Virus record (IMG/VR): IMGVR_UViG_3300048833_000065
Location: 1-63,103 of that record
Source: a virus
Taxonomy: Duplodnaviria > Caudoviricetes
Direction: 5' to 3' (one strand)
Length of the DNA stretch: 63,103 nt
Shown here: in pieces, positions 53,545 through 62,481 of the stretch
Position numbering within the stretch: the first letter of the stretch is position 1
Layout of the letters: every line of letters begins with the position of its first letter
Program-made: the position numbers and the translations under genes
Notes under the pieces: generated by a model
The model's input: only the letters and a program-made list of their open reading frames with translations
Told to the model about the DNA's origin: nothing
The model's database searches: none

Positions 53545-55581
53545 TTACCTGTTCAGCGAGTTGGACAAGCCCGCGAAGCGCGAGCGAAGTGTTGGTGCGG
53601 GTGCCGCCGCTGCCGGGGGCGCAACGAGCGGCGACACCCTATCCGGATCGGACGCGGGATCACTGGGTGGTTCACCCCTCGTCAGGCCCTCCGGAATTCT
53701 CTGGACGTTGAGCGTATAGGCAGCAGCCGCGCACAACGCCTCGCAGTCGAGGAAGTGGTTCGACCGCGAGCGGCGAACCCATTCCGGCTTGCCCGTCTCC
53801 CGGTTCACGGTGCGAACCTCCGAGACGATCTGGCGGCAATAGTCCTCGTCAATGTCGTTCGGCACATAGAATGCGCCGGGAAGCTCCATCGGCGTCCGAA
53901 GGCGCGACATGATCAGCGACTTGAAGAAGTCGGACGAGAGCCACGCGAGGTTGATCGAATAGAGCGCCTTCTTGCCGTCAGGCTTCACTTCGATCTTCGA
54001 AATGCGATAGGGCGGCGACTGCACGTCCTTGCCCTTCGTCGGCACGACGAGCCATGAGAAGCGCCGCGCCAGTTCATAGACCTTGTGTTCGTCGCCGCTG
54101 TCCGGCTTGTTCGGACGGAAGCCGCTGTCGATGAAGACCTTCTCGATCTGCATCCCGGCGACGGGCGTCAGCATCAGGTCGGTCAGATCGGACCAGACCT
54201 GATCGTCGTCCGTGTGTCCGTAAAGCTGGCCCCAATCGATGAGCCACGATGAGCCGCGCGCTCCGAAGCCACGGATCGTGTAGAGCAGCGAGAGCTTCTG
54301 GACGTCCACGCCCATGACGAGGCGAAGCACGCCGTTCGGCAACTCGCCGCGTCGATACGGCAAGCGGCGCTCCATGATCTCCTGCCACTCATGGACGGAG
54401 CCGCTGGACGAGAGCGTATAAAGCTCTCCGAAGTTCGCGTTGATCGCGGTCTGCACTTGCGACTGATCGCCAGAGATATAGGCGGTCAGATACTTGCTCG
54501 CGCGCTCACCCCATGAGACGAAGGGCGACGCGAGGCCGGAAACCCAAATCGAGAACGTATCGCTCTCGGGCGGATCGCCCTGCACGATCCCGTCCTTCGT
54601 GACCTTCTGTCCCGGCGCGACGTAGACGCCGCGCGCGTTCATCTGCTTCTTGTGTTCGTGGTCGGTCAGGACGCCGCCGCAATGAGGGCAAGCAATATAG
54701 CTCTCGCGCTTCGCCTGCGATGGCGTCGAGTTCTTCGGCCACTTCAACATCGTGAAGCGCGGGATGAAATACTCGTCGCAGTGCAGGCATGGCCACGCCC
54801 AATGATAGCGCGTGCCTTGCTGCCAGAGTTTCCAGATCGGTGAAGCCACGTCGTCAGGCTCGCTGACCTTCCAGAACTCGAGGCCGCTTTCCTGATCGAA
54901 TTCCGTTTCCACCATTCCCTGCGAAGGCGTCGATGTGATTGCTGTCACGAAGTCTGCATAGGTGATGCCGCGCGCTTCGATCAGGCCCAAGGCGTCGCCC
55001 TGACCTTTGATGTTCGCGGCCATCTCGTCATACTCGTCCACCAGCGCGAGCGCGGCGGGATCGGATTTCAGTGCGGCAGACGATCCGGCGTGCGCCAGGC
55101 GAACGCGAACGCCCGCCACATGCTTCAACGTCTTCTTCATCCGCCGTCCACGGATCACCTTGTCGCGAAGGCTATCGGCCTCATCGAACAGCGCCATCAG
55201 GCGCGGCTCAAACTGGTCCGTGAGGAAGTCCTTCGTCGGGCCTGCGTACAGGATCGGCGCGGGGCGCTGGTCGAGGCGCGCTCCGATCACGTCGAGGATG
55301 CTGTCCGTCTTGCCCGACTGCGCCGCCGTCACCGCGACGACGCGCTTGTAGAGGCCCGAATGAACCGCCCTCGCCCACGGCACCATGTACGGTGTCAGAA
55401 AGGGATCGCGCGGGCCGGGAATGCCAGCCGTCTCGGGATAGATACGATTTCGAGCCGCCCACTCGTCAGGCGTAATCCTCGGCGCTGGCCTCAGAAGCGC
55501 CGCTCTCAGTTTCGAGAGCTTGGCTCGTTTTCTCGGCGCGGTCGGCCAGGCGCGTGAGAATTCCGTCGCACTCTTTGTCAA
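53545..55581 (-). CDS. Terminase large subunit (gpA family; exact start uncertain)
   Basis: AAQSGKT Walker A, LVDEYD, STP, GVDVQ, NHFLDC. Confidence 0.93.
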   Translation of the reverse strand: MTKSATEFSRAWPTAPRKRAKLSKLRAALLRPAPRITPDEWAARNRIYPETAGIPGPRDPFLTPYMVPWARAVHSGLYKRVVAVTAAQSGKTDSILDVIGARLDQRPAPILYAGPTKDFLTDQFEPRLMALFDEADSLRDKVIRGRRMKKTLKHVAGVRVRLAHAGSSAALKSDPAALALVDEYDEMAANIKGQGDALGLIEARGITYADFVTAITSTPSQGMVETEFDQESGLEFWKVSEPDDVASPIWKLWQQGTRYHWAWPCLHCDEYFIPRFTMLKWPKNSTPSQAKRESYIACPHCGGVLTDHEHKKQMNARGVYVAPGQKVTKDGIVQGDPPESDTFSIWVSGLASPFVSWGERASKYLTAYISGDQSQVQTAINANFGELYTLSSSGSVHEWQEIMERRLPYRRGELPNGVLRLVMGVDVQKLSLLYTIRGFGARGSSWLIDWGQLYGHTDDDQVWSDLTDLMLTPVAGMQIEKVFIDSGFRPNKPDSGDEHKVYELARRFSWLVVPTKGKDVQSPPYRISKIEVKPDGKKALYSINLAWLSSDFFKSLIMSRLRTPMELPGAFYVPNDIDEDYCRQIVSEVRTVNRETGKPEWVRRSRSNHFLDCEALCAAAAYTLNVQRIPEGLTRGEPPSDPASDPDRVSPLVAPPAAAAPAPTLRSRFAGLSNSLNR

Positions 55582-55981
55582 TCTTCCGCCTCAACTCCAT
55601 GTCGCGCGTGACCCTTGCACCCATGCCGACGATCTCCGCGCGCGTTTCAGTCACGAAGGCGGCGATCTCGGCCTTCGCGTCATCGATGGGAATGAGATCG
55701 CGCTCGCGCTCGGCAATGCGAAGTTCGATCTCGCGCGCCCTTGCATCGCGGACGCGGCTGTCAGCCTGCACCTTCGAAGTGCGGCGTTCGTCATCCTTGA
55801 GGAACCGGATGTAACCCTGCACCGCGCCCACGATGGGATAGGTGTCCTTCGCGGGCTTCGGGATGTATCCGGCCTTCACAAGCTGCTGGATGCGCTGCTT
55901 CGTGAGCATGAGCAGACGACAGGTCTGCTCAAGGTTCAGCGTGCCGCCAGCGGTCTGCTTCTCACTCGGCGGCTGCGCCAT
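55466..55981 (-). CDS. Terminase small subunit (Nu1-like)
   Basis: wHTH LTKQRIQQLVKAGYIP; coiled coil; directly upstream of TerL. Confidence 0.85.
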   Translation of the reverse strand: MAQPPSEKQTAGGTLNLEQTCRLLMLTKQRIQQLVKAGYIPKPAKDTYPIVGAVQGYIRFLKDDERRTSKVQADSRVRDARAREIELRIAERERDLIPIDDAKAEIAAFVTETRAEIVGMGARVTRDMELRRKIDKECDGILTRLADRAEKTSQALETESGASEASAEDYA

Positions 55982-57341
55982 TCACCAACTCTTCGCGCTT
56001 CGCCTTCACGAACTCGTTATAGCTCTCCGCGCCATCGGTCGCGGGATCGTACCGCTCGTCGGCCACCTTCGCGAAGGTCTGCCCGGTGGCCTCCAGCTTC
56101 GCCTTGCGCCCGGTGAACTCCTGCCAGCGCTTCACCGCCACGTCGACATAGAGCGGGTTCAGTTCCACCGCGAGGCAGCGCCGCTTCGTCTGCTCTGCCG
56201 CGATGATCGTCGTGCCGCTGCCGCTGAACGGCTCGTAGACCGCGTCACCGACCGCCGAGTTGTTCTCAATCGGCTTCCGCATGCACTCGACAGGCTTCTG
56301 CGTGCCGTGTCCAACGCCGCCGTCCTCGCGAGCCTTGATGCTCCAGAGCGTGGACTGCGAGCGGTCGCCATGCCAGTGCGCCTTTGCGCCCTTCCGGACG
56401 GCGTACCAGCACGGCTCATGGTGCCAGTGATAGTTTCCCCGGCTCAGTGCGAAGCGATCCTTCGCCCAGATGATCTGCGAGCGAAGGTCGAAGCCGCAGG
56501 CGACGATGCTCTCCGCGACGACGCTCGCGAACAGACCAGCGTGCCAGACGTAGATCACGTCGCCGGGAAAGAGCGCCCAGGCTTCGCGCCAATCGGCGCG
56601 GTTGTCGTTCAAGACCTCGCCCATCTTGGCCTTGTTCTTGTTCACGCCAGCCTCGGCGCGCCACTTCGGATCGTACTCCACGCCATAGGGCGGATCGGTC
56701 ACCATCAGGTGCGGCTTCTCATCGCCAAGCAGAGCCTTGACCGTCTCGGCGCTGGTGCAGTCGCCGCAGATGATCCGGTGGTCGCCCATGATCCAGACGT
56801 CGCCGGGGCGGCTTACCGCGCGCGCCGCGACCTCGGGAGCCGCATCCTCGTCGGTGTCGCCCTGCTCGGGTCCGAAGATATCGGCAAGCTCTCCGTCGAG
56901 GAACCCGGTGAGCTTGACGTCGAAGTCCTCTTCGCGAAGGAACAGAAGCTCGGCCTTGAGCATCTCGTCGTCCCACTCGCTGTTCTCGGTCAGCTTGTTG
57001 TCCGCGATCCGATAGGCGCGCTTCTGCGCTTCCGTCCAGCCGCGCGCCACCATCACCGGGACATAGCCGGGAGGAAGGTAGTCGCCGTCCATGCCCTTTA
57101 TCGGATCGTTCGTCTTCGCGGTTTCCTTCGCCGCCATCACGCGACCGTGGCCCGCGATGATCTCTCCGTCCTCGTCAACCAGGATCGGCATCGTGAAACC
57201 GAACTGACGCATCGACGCGGCGATCTGCTCGACCTGTTCCCGCGAGTGCTTCCGGCTATTCCGCGCGGACGGCACAAGATCGTCCGTCGCCCAAAGTTCA
57301 AACTGGCCCGCCGCTGGACGGGCCTTTGCCTTCTTCGCCAT
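55962..57341 (-). CDS. ParB-like N-terminal domain plus DNA N6/N4 methyltransferase
   Basis: RNSRKHS...FGFTMPIL...IIAGHGR; TDPPY; HGTQKP; EPFSGSGTT. Confidence 0.92.
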   Translation of the reverse strand: MAKKAKARPAAGQFELWATDDLVPSARNSRKHSREQVEQIAASMRQFGFTMPILVDEDGEIIAGHGRVMAAKETAKTNDPIKGMDGDYLPPGYVPVMVARGWTEAQKRAYRIADNKLTENSEWDDEMLKAELLFLREEDFDVKLTGFLDGELADIFGPEQGDTDEDAAPEVAARAVSRPGDVWIMGDHRIICGDCTSAETVKALLGDEKPHLMVTDPPYGVEYDPKWRAEAGVNKNKAKMGEVLNDNRADWREAWALFPGDVIYVWHAGLFASVVAESIVACGFDLRSQIIWAKDRFALSRGNYHWHHEPCWYAVRKGAKAHWHGDRSQSTLWSIKAREDGGVGHGTQKPVECMRKPIENNSAVGDAVYEPFSGSGTTIIAAEQTKRRCLAVELNPLYVDVAVKRWQEFTGRKAKLEATGQTFAKVADERYDPATDGAESYNEFVKAKREELVNGAAAE

Positions 57342-57418
57342 TCATCGCCCCTCAACTTCCACCCCGGCGTGCAATTAAAGCCGGATCGAAAAAAAACAAT
57401 AAAGTCTCAAGGATCGCG

Positions 57419-57460
57419 AAGCGGCGGCCCCGCAGTGCGCCCGGTCGGCAGAAGGTACCT
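57419..57460 (-). other. Predicted cos site (cosQ-like plus 12-nt cohesive end)
   Basis: - strand AGGTACC-N23-GGGCCGCCGCTT-CGCG versus lambda GGGTCCT-N23-GGGCGGCGACCT-CGCG. Confidence 0.7.
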
Positions 57461-57468
57461 AGCCGAGA

Positions 57469-57622
57469 GGGGGGGGGGCGGGGGGTCGCCCCGGCCTCGC
57501 CCCTCTGCCCTGCCTTGCCCTTGCCCTGCCCTCGTCGTGGCTCGTCGTTGGCCTTGGCCTTGGTGCTGGCCCTGCCCTGCCTCTGGCTGGTGCTGGCCCT
57601 GCCTGCCCTGTTGTGGGGCTGG
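57469..57622. repeat. Low-complexity strand-skewed tract next to cos
   Basis: Poly-G run, then TGCCC/TGGCC repeats; TGGTGCTGGCCCTGCC occurs twice. Confidence 0.7.
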
Positions 57623-58168
57623 CTACTTCATCCCGCCCGACATGATGACGCCGAGTAGACGCTGTGCTTCGGTTGCGATCTGGCCGACGCCCTGCTGCCA
57701 CGTTGCGAGGGATTGGTCCTGCATCAGTTCGCGGTGGATGGATGGACCGTACATCTTCTCGATGGGCAGTCGTTTCTTGCTCGTTCGGATGAAGACGTTT
57801 CCGCTCAGGGATTTGACGACGAATGCGTGAGGGAAGTGCTGCGTCTTTCCCCACACGAATGCGCTGGTGCCTGTTGCTCCCTGCTTCGGCTTGAAGTGGG
57901 AGAGACCGAAATACTCACGTCTTCCATCGACGCGGGTTTCGAGTTTCGAGCGGGACGAGTTCCAGAACTTCGTGTTCTTGTGGACGATGCCCTTGGGAAG
58001 CGAGGTCTGCTCGACCAGGGCCTTTTTGATCTGCGTGAAGTTCTTCCTGCCGACCGAGTTCATGGCCATTGAGAAGACGCGCTTGGCAAGACCTGATCCG
58101 ACGCGGTTCACGGTTGCTTCGAACTTGATGCGTGTGTCGTCTGCTTCTTCGATGACGACGCGAGGCAT
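57623..58168 (-). CDS. Tail completion protein (lambda gpZ-like)
   Basis: AMN...K, HAFV, VFIRT.K.RLPIEK.YGPSI. Confidence 0.75.
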   Translation of the reverse strand: MPRVVIEEADDTRIKFEATVNRVGSGLAKRVFSMAMNSVGRKNFTQIKKALVEQTSLPKGIVHKNTKFWNSSRSKLETRVDGRREYFGLSHFKPKQGATGTSAFVWGKTQHFPHAFVVKSLSGNVFIRTSKKRLPIEKMYGPSIHRELMQDQSLATWQQGVGQIATEAQRLLGVIMSGGMK

Positions 58169-58683
58169 AGAGGAAGCCTTTTTCCCTTTGAACGACGCGG
58201 AAGGAATTTGAGAGAGGATCGATCTGATCAGCGCGCGCGCTTTAGGCGCGCGTTCAAGGTCAGTGCTTGTGGTTAGGAAAGAACCGCTCTGCAATCGGAC
58301 AGAGCCGATGCAGAGCGATGAAGTCTAAATGGGAGGAAACGTCTCGATCCAAGTTCGGAGTGCGCGCGCTATGCGAGACCCCGACGCGTGAATAGGTGGC
58401 CTGTTTTGTCTCAGGCGTCAATCCCCCCACCCGGCGCGTGAGACGGATTTTAGACCGATAGGAACGCCGGGAATGGGCCTTCCAAAAGGACTTAGTCGGT
58501 GTTGGTGCGTCAGTCGGACGCAGGGCCTCTCGGAGAGCCATTTTGGCCTTGACAGATTTTCGTCCCTTAAGCCCGCCCAGGGCTTCTCCAGGGTCGATGT
58601 CACGCAAAGGACGAGAAATGTCACGCCCGTCTTTTCGGGGTTTTCGCGCAAAGGACGAGAACGGGCGCGTCCGATCTTCGGAC

Positions 58684-58713
58684 TTGCCCTGTCGGAGATT
58701 TCCGACCTATATA
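58684..58713 (+). promoter_or_regulatory. Early promoter with operator in the spacer
   Basis: TTGCCC-N18-TATATA enclosing TCGGA-GATT-TCCGA (58692-58705). Confidence 0.7.
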
Positions 58714-58766
58714 TGCGGCACGCGCATAAAACATGCGCTGAACGGCATAACCACGGAGACACCACC

Positions 58767-59396
58767 ATGAACGCAAACGTCGAGGCGCTTCGCGCCAACA
58801 TCACCAAGCTCCCGGAGAGCGACCAGACCTTCGCGGCCTCGCTCCTCACCCAACTCGACCGCAAGAAGAGCCTCTCCGAAAAGCAATGGGCATGGGTCGC
58901 CAAGCTGGCCCGCCGCGCCGCTGACGCCGACAAGCCGAAGGAGCAGATCGGAAGCCTCGCCGCCATCATGGCCCTCTTCCAGCGCGCCGCTTCGGGCCTC
59001 AAGAGGCCGCAGATCATCCTCGCCCTCCGCGACGCCGGGATCTCGATCCGGCTCACCATAGCGGGCGACAGGGCGCGCTTCCCCGGCTCCATCAACATCG
59101 TGGAACGCGGCGGTGAGAAGACCTTCTTCGGGCGCGTCAAGCTGGACGGCACGCTCGACCTTCGCGAGGACGCCGCCCCGGCCTCCCTCCCTGCCCTCCT
59201 GCGGGCCTTCGCCGCCGACCCGGCAGGGATCGCCGCCGACTACGGACACGCCACCGGATGCTGCTGCTTCTGCGCCAAGGAGCTTACTGACGCCCGCTCG
59301 GTCGCGGTCGGCTACGGACCCGTCTGCGCCGAGAAGTGGTCGCTGCCTTGGGGCGAGGCCAGCGCCCCGGATTTCACGCTCAAGGCAGCGGCCTAG
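58767..59396 (+). CDS. DUF6011 Zn-finger domain protein
   Basis: LSEKQW; CCFCAKELTDARSVAVGYGPVCA. Confidence 0.8.
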   Translation: MNANVEALRANITKLPESDQTFAASLLTQLDRKKSLSEKQWAWVAKLARRAADADKPKEQIGSLAAIMALFQRAASGLKRPQIILALRDAGISIRLTIAGDRARFPGSINIVERGGEKTFFGRVKLDGTLDLREDAAPASLPALLRAFAADPAGIAADYGHATGCCCFCAKELTDARSVAVGYGPVCAEKWSLPWGEASAPDFTLKAAA

Positions 59397-59469
59397 CGGG
59401 GAACTCTCCCGCCGCATCCTGCGGGGTGCGGCGTGGGGGCAATCCCGCCCGACTACCACGGAGACTATC

Positions 59470-59760
59470 ATGCTCACCATCTACGAACCGCCGCGCCAGT
59501 ACGCGGTCCAGCGCGAGACCGAAGACGGAGGCCGCGTCCGCGTCGGCCTATACGACAGCCAGACCGAAGCGATGCAGGCGGTCGCCCGCTCCATCGCACG
59601 CACCGGAGTTCCCGCCGAGAAGCACTCGATCTTCTGGGCCGCTTGGAGCGCGGTCCTCTTCGAAGAATGGAACGGCGAGGTCCAGCGCATGGTCGCGGAG
59701 AACGACCCGATCATGCACGACGAAGACGAGGTCAACGATATCGAAGGCTCGCAGCACTGA
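59470..59760 (+). CDS. Hypothetical early protein
   Basis: ACCACGGAG RBS. Confidence 0.65.
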   Translation: MLTIYEPPRQYAVQRETEDGGRVRVGLYDSQTEAMQAVARSIARTGVPAEKHSIFWAAWSAVLFEEWNGEVQRMVAENDPIMHDEDEVNDIEGSQH

Positions 59761-59843
59761 TGCGGATCACCGCCGATGACCTCGGCACACTTCTGGCGAT
59801 GGGCGCGCTTTGCGCCCTCGCCTACCTCATCCTCATGCTCTGA
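59760..59843 (+). CDS. 27-aa single-TM peptide
   Basis: TGATG-coupled; MRITADDLGTLLAMGALCALAYLILML. Confidence 0.45.
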   Translation: MRITADDLGTLLAMGALCALAYLILML

Positions 59844-59858
59844 CCACGGAGACAGCCA

Positions 59859-60122
59859 ATGACCTTTGAACAGTTCCAAGCCAGCAAGACGCGCGAGGCC
59901 AGCGCGGACTACGCCGAGAAGATCGGCATGCACGCGGAGTATATCGGAGCCTCGCACGTCCTCACCTATTTCGACGGCACGGCATACATCGAAGACGACG
60001 AGGGCGAGGGATACTACCTCATCCTCGGTCGCTCCGATTGGATCAGCAAAGACCTTCCTGCCCTTGAGAAGCGCCTCTTCGATTGGTGCGTGAGCGAAGG
60101 CTATTTCGAGGTGACGCAATGA
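59859..60122 (+). CDS. Hypothetical acidic early protein
   Basis: ACCACGGAG RBS. Confidence 0.65.
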   Translation: MTFEQFQASKTREASADYAEKIGMHAEYIGASHVLTYFDGTAYIEDDEGEGYYLILGRSDWISKDLPALEKRLFDWCVSEGYFEVTQ

Positions 60123-60754
60123 CCACGATCCCGCAGTACAAGCATGAGTTCCCCGACTTCGACTATGACGTCGCCGCCCTCATCGCGGAGCTTCCCGCAG
60201 GCTGGTCGGATCGCTCTTGGCACAACGATGCGATGCCGAAGGCCAGCGCCGATCCCGGTGGCTATGTTGAACTCTGGTTCGACTACGCCGACGCCGCGCT
60301 GTCCGAGTTTCCGGAAGGCCGCGAGTGCGAAACGATGAAGCGGTTCTGCCTTACCTCGCACATGAACGACGGCCAGCCGATCTTCGAAACCGACGATTGG
60401 CCGACGATGCGCGAGTGGATCAAGGCGAACGCCGACCTTATCAAGCAGCACGTCTTCGAAGCCGAAGCGAATGATATCGCCCACGGCTTCACGCGGCTGC
60501 TCAAGCAGCAACTCACCATCGCTCAATGGAAGGAGATGGTCGCGAAGAACAAGACCGATCCCCGTTACGCTTCCGGCGCGTGCGCCTCGCAGGACTATCT
60601 CGACGCAAACATGTCGATGGCCGAAGCCTTCAAGGACGTGACGGGCCGCGAGCCTGACGGCGACAACGAGGACGACGCCGCGCTCTGGAACAAGGCGTGG
60701 GAACTCGCTCGCAAGCGGTGGAACGACGAGGCAAGCGAAAGGGCAAAGAGATGA
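60119..60754 (+). CDS. Hypothetical acidic early protein
   Basis: DRSWHNDAMP and CASQDYLDANMSM phage motifs. Confidence 0.7.
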   Translation: MTTIPQYKHEFPDFDYDVAALIAELPAGWSDRSWHNDAMPKASADPGGYVELWFDYADAALSEFPEGRECETMKRFCLTSHMNDGQPIFETDDWPTMREWIKANADLIKQHVFEAEANDIAHGFTRLLKQQLTIAQWKEMVAKNKTDPRYASGACASQDYLDANMSMAEAFKDVTGREPDGDNEDDAALWNKAWELARKRWNDEASERAKR

Positions 60755-60939
60755 ACGAAGGTCGCGTCTTCAAAACGAGAGCCGAATTGCTCGGCGGTCA
60801 CTATCACGTTCGGGTCTATTCCGCGAAGCGGCCCGACTACACCTTCGCGTGCCTTGGGACGCTGGTGATGGATGAAGCCGACTACGTCGCCTTCTCGACC
60901 GCGCTCAAGGCGGAACATCTATCGGAGCAGAAATCATGA
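60751..60939 (+). CDS. Hypothetical protein
   Basis: ATGA-coupled. Confidence 0.55.
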   Translation: MNEGRVFKTRAELLGGHYHVRVYSAKRPDYTFACLGTLVMDEADYVAFSTALKAEHLSEQKS

Positions 60940-61196
60940 TCAGCAAGGAACTACAGGACGCTCTCGACGCGGCAGAAGACCAGTGCCTCAAGGCGGTGAG
61001 CCACGTCGACGCGCACAACTCAAACGAACGCGGAGCCGACGCCCGTCAATGGGTGCGAGAGGCGTTCGATGTACTGACCGAAGAAATCAAGCTGGAGCCG
61101 CACCGCAAGCTTCTGACCTATTGGCGCAAGGCGGTCGCGGACGGCAAGACGACGCTCGGCTTCGAAGAGTGGAAGAAGGAGAACCCCAATGGGTGA
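60936..61196 (+). CDS. Hypothetical protein
   Basis: W...VADG.TTLG..EW motif. Confidence 0.6.
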   Translation: MISKELQDALDAAEDQCLKAVSHVDAHNSNERGADARQWVREAFDVLTEEIKLEPHRKLLTYWRKAVADGKTTLGFEEWKKENPNG

Positions 61197-61539
61197 ATAC
61201 TCGTTCACCATCGCAGACGGCGTCTATGCCATCGCCTGCGGCAACCAGCAGATCGCATCCGCTTTCTCTCGGGACACCGCAGAGAAGATCACCGCTGCGC
61301 TGAACGCAATGGAAGAGGGACCGCGCACCTTCTCGCTTACCAACCGCCTCAAGGAGTGGCGGCTGCGTTGCGGCCTCACGCAGGCGCAGCTTGCCGACCT
61401 CGTTGGTGTGAACCAAGCCACCATCGGAAGGTATGAAGCCGCCAGGCTCGGGCTTGACCTCGAAATATTGGAGAAGATTTCGAACGCACTTCAAGTCGAT
61501 CCTTCCCTTTTAATCAGCAACCACGGAGCAAAGACATGA
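61189..61539 (+). CDS. XRE HTH protein
   Basis: NRLKEWR...GLTQAQLADLVGVNQATIGRYE. Confidence 0.85.
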   Translation: MGEYSFTIADGVYAIACGNQQIASAFSRDTAEKITAALNAMEEGPRTFSLTNRLKEWRLRCGLTQAQLADLVGVNQATIGRYEAARLGLDLEILEKISNALQVDPSLLISNHGAKT

Positions 61540-62009
61540 GAACGATAATGGTCGATCCCTTCAAGATGAGCATCACGGAGGCTGACCTTCCAGACCTCTC
61601 TTACAAGAGGATGAAGCAATTGATCGGCGCGGAGTATATCGACCGCACCGGGCTTGGCGGCATGGTCTATGCCTACATAGACGACACCGGATTGAAGAAG
61701 AGCGGCCAGCGCTTCTGGCACTTTGAAGGATCGCTCGTCCTCATGGCTGGCTTCGCCATCATCGTCGGCGTGGATGACTTTGGCGATCCAACAGAACTGC
61801 CGCCCTATGCAACGCTCGACTTCACGAAGCGGGTTGTCGCCTTCCTCGGTGACGCGCGCGGCGCAGAGCGGGCGATAGAGAAGGGTCTGATCCAGCGCCC
61901 ACGGACGAAAATCCACACGGTCAACGGCGGTGCGCTCAAGAGCGAGACGATCTGGCAGTGGGATCACCGCGAATGCCTCGACGCCGCGCAGGAAGGCGGT
62001 GCCGCATGA
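61536..62009 (+). CDS. Hypothetical protein (DUF3846-like)
   Basis: MKQLIG..YID...YIDDTG...G..IIVG.D..GD. Confidence 0.55.
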   Translation: MRTIMVDPFKMSITEADLPDLSYKRMKQLIGAEYIDRTGLGGMVYAYIDDTGLKKSGQRFWHFEGSLVLMAGFAIIVGVDDFGDPTELPPYATLDFTKRVVAFLGDARGAERAIEKGLIQRPRTKIHTVNGGALKSETIWQWDHRECLDAAQEGGAA

Positions 62010-62296
62010 TCAATGGAAAGCCTGTCACGGTTCAGCCGGATTACAAGTGGGGAAAGGCCCCGGCGCTCGGCGTCGGTGACGACGACGATGTCTATCTCGT
62101 CACCACCGGGCTTGGCGATGAGATGAACCAGAAGGTCGCGGAGCAGACGGCGCTCGCGCTCAACTGCCACGCCGAGATGCTGCAAGCGCTGAAAGACCTT
62201 CTCTTCAATGCTGTTCATGGGAACGGCTTGGAGGCGCACTGGAAGGCGCGGGATCGCGCCACCGCGATCATCGCCAAAGCGGAGGGGCGCGTATGA
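62006..62296 (+). CDS. Hypothetical protein
   Basis: EMLQALK...AIIAKAEG motif. Confidence 0.6.
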   Translation: MINGKPVTVQPDYKWGKAPALGVGDDDDVYLVTTGLGDEMNQKVAEQTALALNCHAEMLQALKDLLFNAVHGNGLEAHWKARDRATAIIAKAEGRV

Positions 62297-62481
62297 GCAT
62301 CACGATCTCAACAGACGTCTTTTGCGACGGCGAGGACTGCCTCAACTGGACCCAAGGCGTGACAGGAAGGCGAGCCGCTACATGGCGGGCGCGCGACGCT
62401 GCGAAGCAATCCGGATGGGTCCACAGAAAGGGCCGCGATCTCTGCCCTGCGTGCGCGAAGAAGGAGAAAGCCAATGGATGA
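62293..62481 (+). CDS. Small Zn-finger protein
   Basis: CDGEDC...GW...DLCPAC. Confidence 0.65.
   Translation: MSITISTDVFCDGEDCLNWTQGVTGRRAATWRARDAAKQSGWVHRKGRDLCPACAKKEKANG

Noticed and set aside
57469-57622. CRISPR array or Trp/Cys/Pro-rich small ORF
   Set aside because: No constant repeat with unique spacers; the ORF translations merely reflect low-complexity DNA
58260-58607. 115-aa - strand ORF
   Set aside because: No RBS or motif; it overlaps a repeat-rich regulatory region
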